Program-made: the position numbers and the translations under genes
Source: an uncultured virus (IMG/VR IMGVR_UViG_3300042294_004663)
Taxonomy: Duplodnaviria > Heunggongvirae > Uroviricota > Caudoviricetes
Virus record (IMG/VR): IMGVR_UViG_3300042294_004663
Length of the DNA stretch: 64,000 bases
Reading direction: 5' to 3' (one strand)
In this document: positions 49,058-59,735 of the stretch, piece by piece
How the letters are laid out: the number at the start of each line of letters is the position of its first letter
Position numbering within the stretch: position 1 is the first letter of the stretch
Notes under the pieces: model-generated
Databases searched by the model: none
Seen by the model: the letters and a program-made list of their open reading frames with translations, nothing else
Told to the model about the DNA's origin: nothing

Positions 49058-50770
49058 TTATAGAGTGTTCAAATCATTGATAAAGATACGACCAAAGAAT
49101 TCAGGACGGATCATTTTCTTAGCGTAACGAGTCAAGAGACCTTTACGTGGAGTAAATGTATCTGGATCGTACACAAGAGGTGTCATGATTAATGGTACAT
49201 ATGGAGCAAATACAGCACCTGTTTCGAGGAACTGTGAACCACGGTAACCCATCAACATTAAACCTTCAGTCATATAAGGGTTCTTATAAACTGTGTAACG
49301 GTTATTCAAATTACCAGCTTTTTGGATACCAAATGCGTAGCTAGCTTTAGTTACATCACCATCAGAAGTTGAAGCAAATCCTGGGATTGACTCAAGGATG
49401 GTTGCTACACTTGGAGAAGTTACGATGAAGTTTGCACCACCACGTAAAGTCTTTTGGTGAATTTTGTTACTAACTTTCTGCATTTTAGTACCTAAAGTTT
49501 GGAACCATTGACCTTGTGTGTTGTAGAAGTTAAGGTTGTCATATCCTGTTTTGTTAGCATTCAATGAACGGTTGTTAGTTGCATACCAGTACTCATCGTA
49601 TGCAGATGCGTCTTGGATCAACATATCCAATACTTCAAGATCGATTTCCAATGCAATATATTCGCTCATGATTGAAGTCAATTCAGCTTCAGCATCCAAA
49701 GATTGGTATGCATTTAAATCTTGAGCAAATTCTGGTGTCCATTGTGCTTTCAACTTACGAGTTTTAGCAATAATGGCTTCAGATTTCATTTGGATATTGA
49801 TTTGTGGAATAGCCAATTGATCAGCAGCTGTAGTTTCAGCGTTGTAGTAACCAGAACCAGCGTTATCTTCGAAATCACCACGATAATTATCTTGTGGTTG
49901 TACGTTATAGAATACTGTGTTAGCTAAAGATCCAGTACCTGGGATTGGGTTTACTACAGAGTTTCCTGACATAGATCCTGAGAAAATGAAAGAAACTGTA
50001 GTTGAACCATTAGTTGTAGTGTACTGAGGTAACATACGAGCATAAATCTCACCTTGTGGGGTTAATGTTGAACCTGAAGCTAATACAAATGCACGAACAC
50101 CTTTGTAATCTGGTCTTCTACCATCAGTTGTTGGCATAGTAACAGTTACTTTAGTGAAGTTGTTAGCAGCGATAGAAGCAGATAAAGTTCCATCATAATC
50201 TACATCAGACCAAGATGCTGTAGTAGCAATAGTGTTTACAGAAGCTGAGAATTGGTTAACAGAGTATGCAAAACGACCTGCACCATATAAACCTAATGAA
50301 GGATCAGCATTTACACCTGGGTTAGTATTACCGTACATAGATGAAGTAGCACCATAAGCGTCACCACCAGGACCAAATGGGCCAGTTGGAGCAGCTTTGC
50401 TAGAAGCACCATATTGGAAATCTAAGAAGAATACAAGACCAGAAGGCAAATTCATTGGTTGTACAGAAACGAATTCTTTAGTTGATAAAGAACCGAATAC
50501 TTTACGTACCAATGGAAGTGCAATACCTGCCCATTGCTCACCTTGACCTACTGTAAAAGTAGCGCCACCTTGGTTTGTAGATGATTGCTCAACTACCAAT
50601 TGTTTTGCTTGGTTTTCAAGGATTAAAGCCATGTTGTTTTTTTCAACTTCGCTACCCAATCCTTCCAAGAGGCCCGTTTTAGACCATTTTGAGGCCATAC
50701 GAGCTGCATCGCTTTGCATGTTTTTCCAACTGCCAGCAGTGCTTTCTAATAGAGAATTAATGTTTGACAT
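49058..50770 (-). CDS. Major capsid protein (gp23-like)
   Basis: LENQ, VQPMNLPSGLVF, AKTRKLKAQWT.E.AQDL, EIDLE, APYVPL, F.P and TRY. Confidence 0.97.
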   Translation of the reverse strand: MSNINSLLESTAGSWKNMQSDAARMASKWSKTGLLEGLGSEVEKNNMALILENQAKQLVVEQSSTNQGGATFTVGQGEQWAGIALPLVRKVFGSLSTKEFVSVQPMNLPSGLVFFLDFQYGASSKAAPTGPFGPGGDAYGATSSMYGNTNPGVNADPSLGLYGAGRFAYSVNQFSASVNTIATTASWSDVDYDGTLSASIAANNFTKVTVTMPTTDGRRPDYKGVRAFVLASGSTLTPQGEIYARMLPQYTTTNGSTTVSFIFSGSMSGNSVVNPIPGTGSLANTVFYNVQPQDNYRGDFEDNAGSGYYNAETTAADQLAIPQINIQMKSEAIIAKTRKLKAQWTPEFAQDLNAYQSLDAEAELTSIMSEYIALEIDLEVLDMLIQDASAYDEYWYATNNRSLNANKTGYDNLNFYNTQGQWFQTLGTKMQKVSNKIHQKTLRGGANFIVTSPSVATILESIPGFASTSDGDVTKASYAFGIQKAGNLNNRYTVYKNPYMTEGLMLMGYRGSQFLETGAVFAPYVPLIMTPLVYDPDTFTPRKGLLTRYAKKMIRPEFFGRIFINDLNTL

Positions 50771-50797
50771 TTTTTTGTTTTTTGTTTTTGTTTAAAA

Positions 50798-51898
50798 TTA
50801 AATAATTCCAGCCAATTTTTGCATACGTAAGAATGCATCGTTTGACTCTACGATTGGTTTTTTAACGTTTGGTGTAATAGTTGCTTTAGAAGCACTACCT
50901 AGGTTTTCTTTAATAGTGTCTTTTTTAACTTTGATACCCTCGCTTAAAGTTTCAAACACCATTTTTACTTCACCTACTGTAGTTGCTTTGTCAAACGAAC
51001 TTAACACTTTCACTTTTTGACTTTCGTTCAAGTTTTTAGATTTAAAGATTTTATTTGTATAAAGCAATTTAGCATTTAACAAATTAATTTCATTCAATTC
51101 TGCTTTTAAAGATTCAATTGCAGAATAAGCTTCTTCAAGTTCCTCTTTAAGTTTTTTCTTGTAATCGATTTCTTTTTCATCTTCAGCGGTGTCTTTTTTC
51201 TTTGGACCTTTACCGTGACCTTCTTTTTCTTTTTTCATGTCGTCACGTTTTTCGTCTCCTTTGTTTCCACCATACTTTTTAGCTTCTTCTAAAGAATCCA
51301 TTTCTTCAATTTCGCGAAGTAATTCAGCTAAATCAACTTCTTCGTCGTCCATGCCCATTACTTCTTCCTCTTCACCTTCTTCACCAGCTTCGAGTTCACC
51401 TGACTTAATCATACTTTTAATTACATCTTCAATGATGTCTTTAAGGTCTTCATCAGTCATGTCTTCGAGATCAAGTGGTTCGCCTTCATCTTCTTCCTCA
51501 TCAGATTCTTCTTCCTCTTCTTCAGATTCTTCTTCCTCTTCTTCGGCTTCGTTTAAAGCTTCTTCCACTTCTCCCTCTTCTAATTCTAGCTCAGCTAAAA
51601 GCTCTTCTAATTCAATTTCATCCAATGCTTTTTCATTTCCGTCTCCAAATCCTTCATCTGGATCGGCATTATTTTTACCAAATCCTGCTTCTTCCATTTT
51701 AGATTTTTCATCTTCAGATTTATCGTACATTTCTTCAAATTCTTCTTTTTCCATTTCTTGAAGTTTTGCAGCGAAAATAGCATTAAATTGAGGTGCGAAG
51801 GCTTCTTCTAGAGCAGCTTTTGCATTTGCGATAGCAGTTTCTTTAACAGCTTTAGCATCTGCGATTGCTTCTTTAAGCAAATCTCTGTTTGTTGCCAT
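50798..51898 (-). CDS. Prohead scaffold protein (gp22-like)
   Basis: Very acidic and coiled-coil, between protease and capsid genes, with many LxE sites. Confidence 0.85.
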   Translation of the reverse strand: MATNRDLLKEAIADAKAVKETAIANAKAALEEAFAPQFNAIFAAKLQEMEKEEFEEMYDKSEDEKSKMEEAGFGKNNADPDEGFGDGNEKALDEIELEELLAELELEEGEVEEALNEAEEEEEESEEEEEESDEEEDEGEPLDLEDMTDEDLKDIIEDVIKSMIKSGELEAGEEGEEEEVMGMDDEEVDLAELLREIEEMDSLEEAKKYGGNKGDEKRDDMKKEKEGHGKGPKKKDTAEDEKEIDYKKKLKEELEEAYSAIESLKAELNEINLLNAKLLYTNKIFKSKNLNESQKVKVLSSFDKATTVGEVKMVFETLSEGIKVKKDTIKENLGSASKATITPNVKKPIVESNDAFLRMQKLAGII

Positions 51899-52036
51899 TT
51901 TTTCCTAAATTAATTGTTGGGAAAGTACGTTTATTGAGAAACGTAATAAATTTTTTTATATCGATGCCACATAAGATATGAGGGGGGTGGCATATTCGTA
52001 TTATATATATGTTATTATATTATTAAAGTCGCAAGG

Positions 52037-52062
52037 AAAAAAAAAGCCCTCAAAAAGAGGGC
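52037..52062 (-). terminator. Intrinsic terminator after the protease gene
   Basis: Minus strand GCCCTC-TTTTT-GAGGGC followed by T9. Confidence 0.82.
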
Positions 52063-52086
52063 AATTTTTCACCGGTTTGCAAATTT

Positions 52087-52719
52087 TTATAATATAGGGC
52101 ATGTACCCTTAGCACATAAAATTTCAGTAATAATTGAATTTGTGCGAGAATATTTATCTAAATATGTTGTTCTTGATTCATTTAATGCACCATTTTTCAT
52201 CCATGAATCTGGGTTAGATGGGTTAGAAACTAAATCCCAAGTAAGTAATTCAAAGTCATCTTGTACTTCCATTACTTCACCCATTTGTTTTAATGAACCC
52301 ATTCCACGAGAAGAAATACCAATGATTAAGCCATTTCTAACTAATGCACCTGCAATACGACCTGATGAAGTACCTAAATCGCCTGGGTCAGAGAAGATTT
52401 CTACTTTACCCCATATTTCATCATCTTTCCAGTATAATTCTCGAATGGCATGTGATGCATTTCTTAGGTTAATTACTTGGGAATCTGGGTGGTCAAGTTC
52501 ACCTACGGTTTCAGTAGATTTCATTTGAATTTTTTGTGCAAAGTTGTCAATTTCACGTTCCCATAATTCTTTTTTATAGTAACGACCATTTCCATTTTTT
52601 ACTTCCACAGTGGCTAATATTCCTTCAACAAATATATTGCCATTAGTTTTCATCCCCTCCAATAATGAAAGAGGTTTAGGACTAAAATGTCTAGTTTCTA
52701 TTAATAATTGTTTATCCAT
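52087..52719 (-). CDS. Prohead protease (gp21-like)
   Basis: NGNGRYY, GELDHP, SH, GISSRGMGS and DLVSNPS. Confidence 0.95.
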   Translation of the reverse strand: MDKQLLIETRHFSPKPLSLLEGMKTNGNIFVEGILATVEVKNGNGRYYKKELWEREIDNFAQKIQMKSTETVGELDHPDSQVINLRNASHAIRELYWKDDEIWGKVEIFSDPGDLGTSSGRIAGALVRNGLIIGISSRGMGSLKQMGEVMEVQDDFELLTWDLVSNPSNPDSWMKNGALNESRTTYLDKYSRTNSIITEILCAKGTCPIL

Positions 52720-52720
52720 C

Positions 52721-54859
52721 TTAGTAATTATCTTCTCTATCTTCTAAATAATCTTCTAGATCATCTTTTTTATCTGATGGTAAATTAGTATAGGTATCAA
52801 CTATATCTTGGGGGTTTTGACCAGCGTCTTCACGGCTATCAGCATCTTCAATATACCCCTCAGCTTCACCAAGATCTTCTTCGGTTTCGTCAATTACTTC
52901 AGTTTTTTTAACTTTACCTTTATGTTTAGATGCTATTTTTTCAAGTTTAACTTTTGCCTTTTCTAAAGTTTTAATATCTTTTTCAAGCTCTTTAATTTTT
53001 TTCTTATCAGTAAGAGCTTTCATATCTTCATCTTCATCAAGTTTTACAAGTTGAGATCGGCGTTTTTCAATGGCATCGGTAAGTTTTTGAAGTTTACTTT
53101 CCAATATTTCATATTCTGCCATTTTATTAATTTCGGCTATTTCTTTTTCTACTCCTTCTTTTAATAAAGATTCGCGAATTATCATTTCTTCTAATTCTTC
53201 TTTTTCTTCTTTACTTAATGGAATAGTAACTCCTACACCTTTTTTACGGTCAATAGGCATATTAACAGCATGATAATTACCAAATGACATTTTAGGATCA
53301 ACATTTTTCTTAATTAATGCCCTAACCATAGGATCTAAATCAGAAATAAGTTTTTCTAATTCATTTTTACCCATTTCTTTTTCTCTTGATGTTCTTCCTC
53401 TTTCAAGACCTTGTATAGCATTATATAAGAAATTAGAAATTAACATAATAGATCCTTCAGGTTTAGTTAAAAACTTAATATGAGGAATTTGTAATGATTC
53501 ATCTCTAGAAGGAGTATTAGGGCCTGGGTTGGAGAAATTAAGTTTATTGATTAATTCTTGGGATAAAAATACCTCACTAGGGATAAATCGTCTTCCACCC
53601 CCACCAGTATTAGAAGTACTAACACTAGGAGCTTGATACATTACTTCTTCTAAATCATTTTCTTCTAAATCTTGAGCAATTGAATTTAATCCAGCAATAT
53701 GAGATCTATATATTTGTTGAATATTATCTAAAGCTTCTTTATCATTTAAATATGGTTGTTCTAATTTAAATAAAGTATCTTTGTATTCTTCTTTATTTAA
53801 TTCTTCAAAAACCATATTTTGAATAGTTTCACGAATAGCAATTTCTTCAAGTGATTCACCTCTTAATTTTCTGTCTTCAAGTTCTTCTTTACGTTTTTGA
53901 GCTATTTTAGCTGTAATTTCTTCAGGTGTAAATTTAGAATCTTTTTTATTAGTAACACGATCTTTAAAATCTGATGTGAATTTTTCTACTGGTTCATCTG
54001 TTTCAAATAGTGGTTTAGCTATTTTATAAAGATCATATGCTATTCTGTTACCAGAAGATGATGTTTTAGAATTTCCATGACGAGCAAATCCTTCAAGAGC
54101 TTTTAATAATTCTCTATCAGTAAGTTTTTCAGCAGCTTTAAAATTTGTATTGTTTTTTAAAAATGTTATAATAGATTTTTTAAGGGATTCTTTTTCACCT
54201 TCAACATCACCTAAAGGTTTAGATTTAAATCTATCAAAAATACTTTCATTTAAATCACCGTAACCAGATGATTTATATTTACCTTTAACTTCTTTTGGAG
54301 TACCTAAACCAGGTGCTTCAGTTACGTATCCTAAATCTTTAATGCCAAATTGACCATCTTTTGTATAATAAATTGGATCTTTTGCTAAGTTTTTAAATAC
54401 GATATCCTTTAATTGTTGCATCGTTTTATTAGCATTTTTAGGATCTTTCATTTCAGCATAGTAACCCGTCATAATTTGATCAAAGATCATATTATCAGGA
54501 TTTTTTTCATCCGAATTATCGTAATTATGAGCAAGATCTTCTTCTACAGGTTTAGAAACTTTTTTCTCTTCTGCTTTAACTTTTTCATCCTCATCTTTTT
54601 TCTTCTTAGCTTCAGCTAAAAATGCTTCAAATGCAGTTTCATAAGCTTCTTTTTTAGGACGATCTATTATAGCAGGCATCACAGTCAATACATTTTCAGA
54701 AATGATATTTTTAGTTTTAAGTGATGCTACAGCTTCATCAAATGTAGCGGCATTACGCACAATATGAGGAAATTCACGTTTTGCTTCTGTAAGGAAAACA
54801 CCCTTGTGTCCTTTACCTTCTTTGATTAACAAATACTGATCTTGTAATGTCTTTTTCAT
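52721..54859 (-). CDS. Large charged head-cluster protein
   Basis: Lys/Glu-rich with several LxE-ending helices; lies between portal and protease. Confidence 0.7.
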   Translation of the reverse strand: MKKTLQDQYLLIKEGKGHKGVFLTEAKREFPHIVRNAATFDEAVASLKTKNIISENVLTVMPAIIDRPKKEAYETAFEAFLAEAKKKKDEDEKVKAEEKKVSKPVEEDLAHNYDNSDEKNPDNMIFDQIMTGYYAEMKDPKNANKTMQQLKDIVFKNLAKDPIYYTKDGQFGIKDLGYVTEAPGLGTPKEVKGKYKSSGYGDLNESIFDRFKSKPLGDVEGEKESLKKSIITFLKNNTNFKAAEKLTDRELLKALEGFARHGNSKTSSSGNRIAYDLYKIAKPLFETDEPVEKFTSDFKDRVTNKKDSKFTPEEITAKIAQKRKEELEDRKLRGESLEEIAIRETIQNMVFEELNKEEYKDTLFKLEQPYLNDKEALDNIQQIYRSHIAGLNSIAQDLEENDLEEVMYQAPSVSTSNTGGGGRRFIPSEVFLSQELINKLNFSNPGPNTPSRDESLQIPHIKFLTKPEGSIMLISNFLYNAIQGLERGRTSREKEMGKNELEKLISDLDPMVRALIKKNVDPKMSFGNYHAVNMPIDRKKGVGVTIPLSKEEKEELEEMIIRESLLKEGVEKEIAEINKMAEYEILESKLQKLTDAIEKRRSQLVKLDEDEDMKALTDKKKIKELEKDIKTLEKAKVKLEKIASKHKGKVKKTEVIDETEEDLGEAEGYIEDADSREDAGQNPQDIVDTYTNLPSDKKDDLEDYLEDREDNY

Positions 54860-54860
54860 T

Positions 54861-55337
54861 TTATTTACTTAATAGTTTTTGGGCTTTTTTTATATATTCT
54901 AAAGCCATTGATGTTGGTTTATAAATACTAAACTTTCCTGGGTTAGCTTTGTAATATTCAATAGTTTGGTTTTTTGCGTTTGAAATAAGGGTATTTAATT
55001 CACTTTGGATTTGATCAAACTCATTAATTCTTTCTTCTTGGAATTTTTTAACTTCTGTTTTCTCATCTTCCCAAAGTTGTTTAACTTCTAAACCAGATCC
55101 TTTAATTTTTTTAGGTACTAATTTATATTTAAACTGCTTAACGTATGCGTTATCTTTAACACCTTCAGATCCTGCATTTGGGCCTAAACCTAAATCAGCC
55201 CCAGGTCCTTCTTTAACATCAAATGCAAATTTAGTAGATACTCCTATACCTCCACCAGGAGTAGCAGTAGCGCCACCAGTACTGGTAGCGTTCATTTCTT
55301 TAATTTTTTTACGGATTATGTCTTTAAGTTTATCCAT
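54861..55337 (-). CDS. Head-cluster hypothetical protein
   Basis: N-terminal LKDIIRKKIKE helix followed by a Gly-rich linker. Confidence 0.7.
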   Translation of the reverse strand: MDKLKDIIRKKIKEMNATSTGGATATPGGGIGVSTKFAFDVKEGPGADLGLGPNAGSEGVKDNAYVKQFKYKLVPKKIKGSGLEVKQLWEDEKTEVKKFQEERINEFDQIQSELNTLISNAKNQTIEYYKANPGKFSIYKPTSMALEYIKKAQKLLSK

Positions 55338-56187
55338 TTATAGTTTCTAACTCATTAATTAAATCGTAATACTGGAGTAGGTCAACTAAATCATTATCTG
55401 TAATTTTAGTTGTTTTAGTTGGGGGTTGAATAATGTTGATTATTTCGTTGATTTTAATTTTGGTTGTCTCGTTTTTAGTTACTTTATTAATACTAGTTAA
55501 TTTTTCTTTTATTTCTACAATCTTAGATGTATAGAAATCTTTTAAACGAGATGTGTTATCTACAGATGTAATAAACTCTTTAAGAATTTCTTTTTGATGA
55601 GGATGTAAATCATCATATTTAGTGTTGAAATTCTCTAATATTGTTTTATATGCTAGTAAACGAACACCTTTATCAGCTTGTTCAAATTCAACCATAGAAT
55701 CAGTAATAACTCTATCTTCAGTAATTTTAGCAGCTGCTAAATGTTCTAAAATAGTAACTTTATTATTAATAGTTTGTTCAATATTAATATCTTCTTGAGA
55801 ATTTGTAATTTCTAATAATGTATAGAAAGCAGCAAACACCTTATAATTTGGTAACTTATGATTAAAAAATTCATTTAAATCATAATGTTTTTGAATTTCA
55901 CTAATCAAATTATACTTTTGGCGTTTAATCGCTCCTCTATTTAATGTTTTAGAAGATTCAATTAATGTATTAACTACTACAGTTGCTTTTCCTTCAGTTA
56001 ATGAAGTTCTTTTCAACAAAGTTTCGTATAACTTATACTCGCGACCCAATTCCGATTTAACGAAATATTTTTTCAGTATATCTTTTGCAGGGGAATCTTT
56101 ACCATCTAGCGTGTCTGCCGTGATCTGTCGAACTAAAAGTTCAAAGAGGATACCCGTGTTCTTATACTTTGAATGTTTGACTTGCAT
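55330..56187 (-). CDS. Head-cluster hypothetical protein (possible prohead core component)
   Basis: Helical 285-aa ORF directly after the portal gene, with the late motif upstream. Confidence 0.7.
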   Translation of the reverse strand: MQVKHSKYKNTGILFELLVRQITADTLDGKDSPAKDILKKYFVKSELGREYKLYETLLKRTSLTEGKATVVVNTLIESSKTLNRGAIKRQKYNLISEIQKHYDLNEFFNHKLPNYKVFAAFYTLLEITNSQEDINIEQTINNKVTILEHLAAAKITEDRVITDSMVEFEQADKGVRLLAYKTILENFNTKYDDLHPHQKEILKEFITSVDNTSRLKDFYTSKIVEIKEKLTSINKVTKNETTKIKINEIINIIQPPTKTTKITDNDLVDLLQYYDLINELETING

Positions 56188-56226
56188 TCTATAATATTTG
56201 TTTATTTATAAATATATAAGATTTTT

Positions 56227-58125
56227 TTACTCTCGTATTTGAGATTCATCTAGCAATGAATTTCCCCTAATGTCTGATTCAAAAATCATTTGTTTGTGTT
56301 GATTTTTAATATCATTAAACATTTTTTTATTTGGATTTGGTCTTTTTTTAGTTTCAAGAGCTAATGGACTGCCGCCTTTATATTGGGTTTTAATAGAATC
56401 TGATTCATCTCCATCTTTTTTAATACCATCTGTTCCAATTCTATCTTTTCCAAATGCATTATCTTGGGTGTTTTTATCAGTTACTTTTTCTTCAGGACGA
56501 CCTAAATCGGCATCTTCATCATAACCCACAGGTACATTAGTTGCTTCGTATCTTCCACGACCATATAAAGCTGCTAAATCATGAGGTGTACCATATGATG
56601 TTCCAGTTTCAAGTGGATCATTTCCTTCATTTTCAATTTGAGCAATGCGGAATTTACGTTTAGCATCTTGGATAATTAAATCTCTATATTCATCATATTG
56701 ATCCTCACTTAAATGGAATAGATTTTCATAAATCCAATCAGTAGGTAATATCTGATTTTCCATCATTTGGGCAGCTAAGTCAACTTTTTCTTTTAGTAAA
56801 GCTATACGTTCTTGGTCATAAATGATAGATGGTGTGGTTAATGATAATTCAAAGTTTGTCATACTTTCGTCACGATAACCTTGAGAGTATAAGTGAACTA
56901 AAGCAATTTTAGTTAATTCAGATATTACAATACGTTGAATACGTTCAATTGTACGCGCAAAACGAATATCTTCAGCGGCTAACGTAGCTTTACCTGTTAA
57001 ATCTTTTTCATAGCCCATAAACGCTTTAGGTACCTTAAGGGCCGCAAATAATTTATCACGTAAGTAAGTAACGTCTTCAATACCTTGCCATTGTAAGCCT
57101 GCTAAATTATCAATTTTAGTTGCTTGATCATTTCCACGTACTGGGATGTAGAAGTCTTCAAGTAGATTTTGCATGTTGTACTTCAAGTTATAATCACCAG
57201 TTTGTTGATCAATGTATGGAGTACGTTTCATTTTAGAAATTGTCTTCTGCATAAAGTTTTCTACTTCAGCAGGTGCAATGTTTCCAACGTTAACATAAAA
57301 AATGCGTTTTTCAGGTGCGCGAACGATACGGTGAATTAACATCGCATCTTCCATCATAATATATTGTTTAAACAATTTACGAGCAGGCTCTAAATATGAT
57401 CTACCATAAGGTAAAAAGTTAGTATCCGTTAATAAACGGAAATGAGCCATTTCATAATTGTCAAAATAAATTGAATTAGCTTGTCCACCAGCATTTGGTA
57501 CATTATAATAACCATAATCTGAAGGGGAGGAAATTCCATCAGGGTCAAAACGGAAACGTACTGAATTTGGGTGGTCTTTATCATAGCCATCTTGTCTTTC
57601 AATATGGAATGCGTTGTAAGGGATTACATTATATACACCGAATTTTTCAGCAATTTCTAACTTTAAAAAGAAATCACCATATTTCAACATATTACGAATC
57701 CAAGGCCATAAGTTAAATTCTACATTTAATACATCATAAAATAAATTATATAGAATTTTTTGTACATCCTCATCCGAACTACGAATTTGTAATACTTCAC
57801 CCATGTCATTACGTAAAGTACTCTCATCAGATAAGATATCTAAGGCAGAAGCAATAATAGCATCTGTATCCATTGAATCATATTCGGAATAAAGTGTAGG
57901 GCGTAAAGTTTGATAATTAAAACTACTTTGATATCCGTAAATTGAAGTATGTGAATTAGTGTAGATACGATTAAATCTATCTACTAATGCATTTGTTTCA
58001 TATTCACCAGAAATTTGAATTTTATTAATATCAAATACCTTCAATTGGTTATCTCCTTCATTACGGATAATAACATCAGTTGAAAATAATCGTCTTAATC
58101 TACTAAATAATCCTGTATCTGCCAT
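56227..58125 (-). CDS. Portal protein (gp20-like)
   Basis: YGRSYLE, MEDAMLIHRIVRAPEKRIFY, EDFYIP, ALKVP and EDIRF. Confidence 0.95.
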   Translation of the reverse strand: MADTGLFSRLRRLFSTDVIIRNEGDNQLKVFDINKIQISGEYETNALVDRFNRIYTNSHTSIYGYQSSFNYQTLRPTLYSEYDSMDTDAIIASALDILSDESTLRNDMGEVLQIRSSDEDVQKILYNLFYDVLNVEFNLWPWIRNMLKYGDFFLKLEIAEKFGVYNVIPYNAFHIERQDGYDKDHPNSVRFRFDPDGISSPSDYGYYNVPNAGGQANSIYFDNYEMAHFRLLTDTNFLPYGRSYLEPARKLFKQYIMMEDAMLIHRIVRAPEKRIFYVNVGNIAPAEVENFMQKTISKMKRTPYIDQQTGDYNLKYNMQNLLEDFYIPVRGNDQATKIDNLAGLQWQGIEDVTYLRDKLFAALKVPKAFMGYEKDLTGKATLAAEDIRFARTIERIQRIVISELTKIALVHLYSQGYRDESMTNFELSLTTPSIIYDQERIALLKEKVDLAAQMMENQILPTDWIYENLFHLSEDQYDEYRDLIIQDAKRKFRIAQIENEGNDPLETGTSYGTPHDLAALYGRGRYEATNVPVGYDEDADLGRPEEKVTDKNTQDNAFGKDRIGTDGIKKDGDESDSIKTQYKGGSPLALETKKRPNPNKKMFNDIKNQHKQMIFESDIRGNSLLDESQIRE

Positions 58126-58133
58126 AATTTATT

Positions 58134-59735
58134 TTATAAAAGCCAAGAAATATCTTCTTTGCCATTTGAGTAAGGGTTGTCAATTTGGTATGGGTTATTG
58201 TTATACTTATCAGCATAACTTGGACCATTGGAATAACCTCCAGCATATGTTGTACGAGAATTTCCTATCCCATTTAACATACTTTTAGTCATTTCCATAT
58301 TACTTGTTCTTAATTTAAATGCGGTTTCACGTAAATAACACCCAATACAAAACGCCATAATTAAATCATCATTGTATCCTGATTGGGCTTCTGCTCTTCC
58401 GTTTCTCCATATAAATACTTTCATTTCTTCTAATAAGCGAGCAGAATAAAAAACAACTCCTTTATCCATAACAGCTTCTTGAAATTTACCAATTGATATT
58501 GGACGAGTTGTATTTGACATTGTAAAGCCCGGAGTCATTTTACTATGATCCATATAAGGATCAAAGAAAGAATCTACATTATTTGATCCACCTTTTGGTG
58601 AGTAATAGAAATTTTGATAACCTCTATCTAAAATGGTCTGTACAGTTGACCAGCCTACACTTTGATTTTCGACAGCTAATAGTGCATTATTATATTCCGT
58701 TGCAATGCTAACTAATAGATGACCATAATCCTTAGTATTGATTTGTCCCTTATATTCACCTACCTGAGTGAATGATTCAACATCAAAGATGTGGAATCCC
58801 GAATAATCCTTGCCATCGCCACGTGCTACATCAGCTACGATCAGATAACTCCTTGAATAATCCGCTGGTTCCCAAATCCATAGGTTTTGATCTACACCAC
58901 GTTTTTCTAGAGGTTCTTTTACGTGAAATTGTTCGTAAAAGGTAATATCTTCTGGTAAAAATACTGTATCACCAGATGTTGTAAAGTCACAGTCACATTC
59001 TTGGGCTGCCATTCGAACACCCAAATCTTTATCTTGTTGATCTCTCCAAGATTGATCTCGTTCAGGGTGTACTTCCCAAGGTAATCTAATAGGTAAGAAA
59101 CTATTATCACCCATTTCAGCGGAAACCCATGTTTGATGAAACCAATTACCGGTACCATAAGGTGTAGATAATGCAATACATCCACCACCAGTAGCTAAGG
59201 TTTGTTGAGCTGATGCCCATATCTCACCAATGTTATGAATGAATGCTGCCTCATCTATAATTAACAATGAAACGGCTTCTGATCGACCTGCATCACTTGA
59301 AGCGCCTACTGCTTTAATTTGAGATCCATTTGGTAATCGGAGAGTTAATTTATTCGCCTCATCAGGTTTATTTGCAAATTTAAGCCAAGATGGTAAATTT
59401 TCATACATGAACTTTACCTTAGTAACCATGTTTTTAGCTGTTTCTTGCTTAGTTGCAATACAAAGAATGTTTTTGTCCTCATGAAATATCATCATCCATA
59501 ATGAATAACCTGCGGCTAATGTTGATATACCTAACTGGCGAGATTTAAGTACTATTGAATATGGGTTCTCTTGGAATAGAGTAAGTACTTTTTCTTGGAA
59601 TGGGTAAAGATTAAAAGGCATTCGTCCACGCTTTGGATGCTGGATCTGGCAGTATTTTTTCATAAAATATGCCGGTGATTGGGCACACTTTATATACTCC
59701 TCGCGGACAACTTGTTTTAAACTTTTTTCTTCCAT
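58134..59735 (-). CDS. Terminase large subunit (gp17-like)
   Basis: LYPFQ, KSRQLGIST, LIIDEAAF, STPYG, ADVARG.G.DYS and DDLIMA. Confidence 0.96.
   Translation of the reverse strand: MEEKSLKQVVREEYIKCAQSPAYFMKKYCQIQHPKRGRMPFNLYPFQEKVLTLFQENPYSIVLKSRQLGISTLAAGYSLWMMIFHEDKNILCIATKQETAKNMVTKVKFMYENLPSWLKFANKPDEANKLTLRLPNGSQIKAVGASSDAGRSEAVSLLIIDEAAFIHNIGEIWASAQQTLATGGGCIALSTPYGTGNWFHQTWVSAEMGDNSFLPIRLPWEVHPERDQSWRDQQDKDLGVRMAAQECDCDFTTSGDTVFLPEDITFYEQFHVKEPLEKRGVDQNLWIWEPADYSRSYLIVADVARGDGKDYSGFHIFDVESFTQVGEYKGQINTKDYGHLLVSIATEYNNALLAVENQSVGWSTVQTILDRGYQNFYYSPKGGSNNVDSFFDPYMDHSKMTPGFTMSNTTRPISIGKFQEAVMDKGVVFYSARLLEEMKVFIWRNGRAEAQSGYNDDLIMAFCIGCYLRETAFKLRTSNMEMTKSMLNGIGNSRTTYAGGYSNGPSYADKYNNNPYQIDNPYSNGKEDISWLL

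Noticed and set aside
51237..51761. 174-aa Ser-rich plus-strand ORF and other short plus-strand ORFs
   Set aside because: They are antisense to well-supported genes; the poly-Ser mirrors the GAA-rich scaffold codons.
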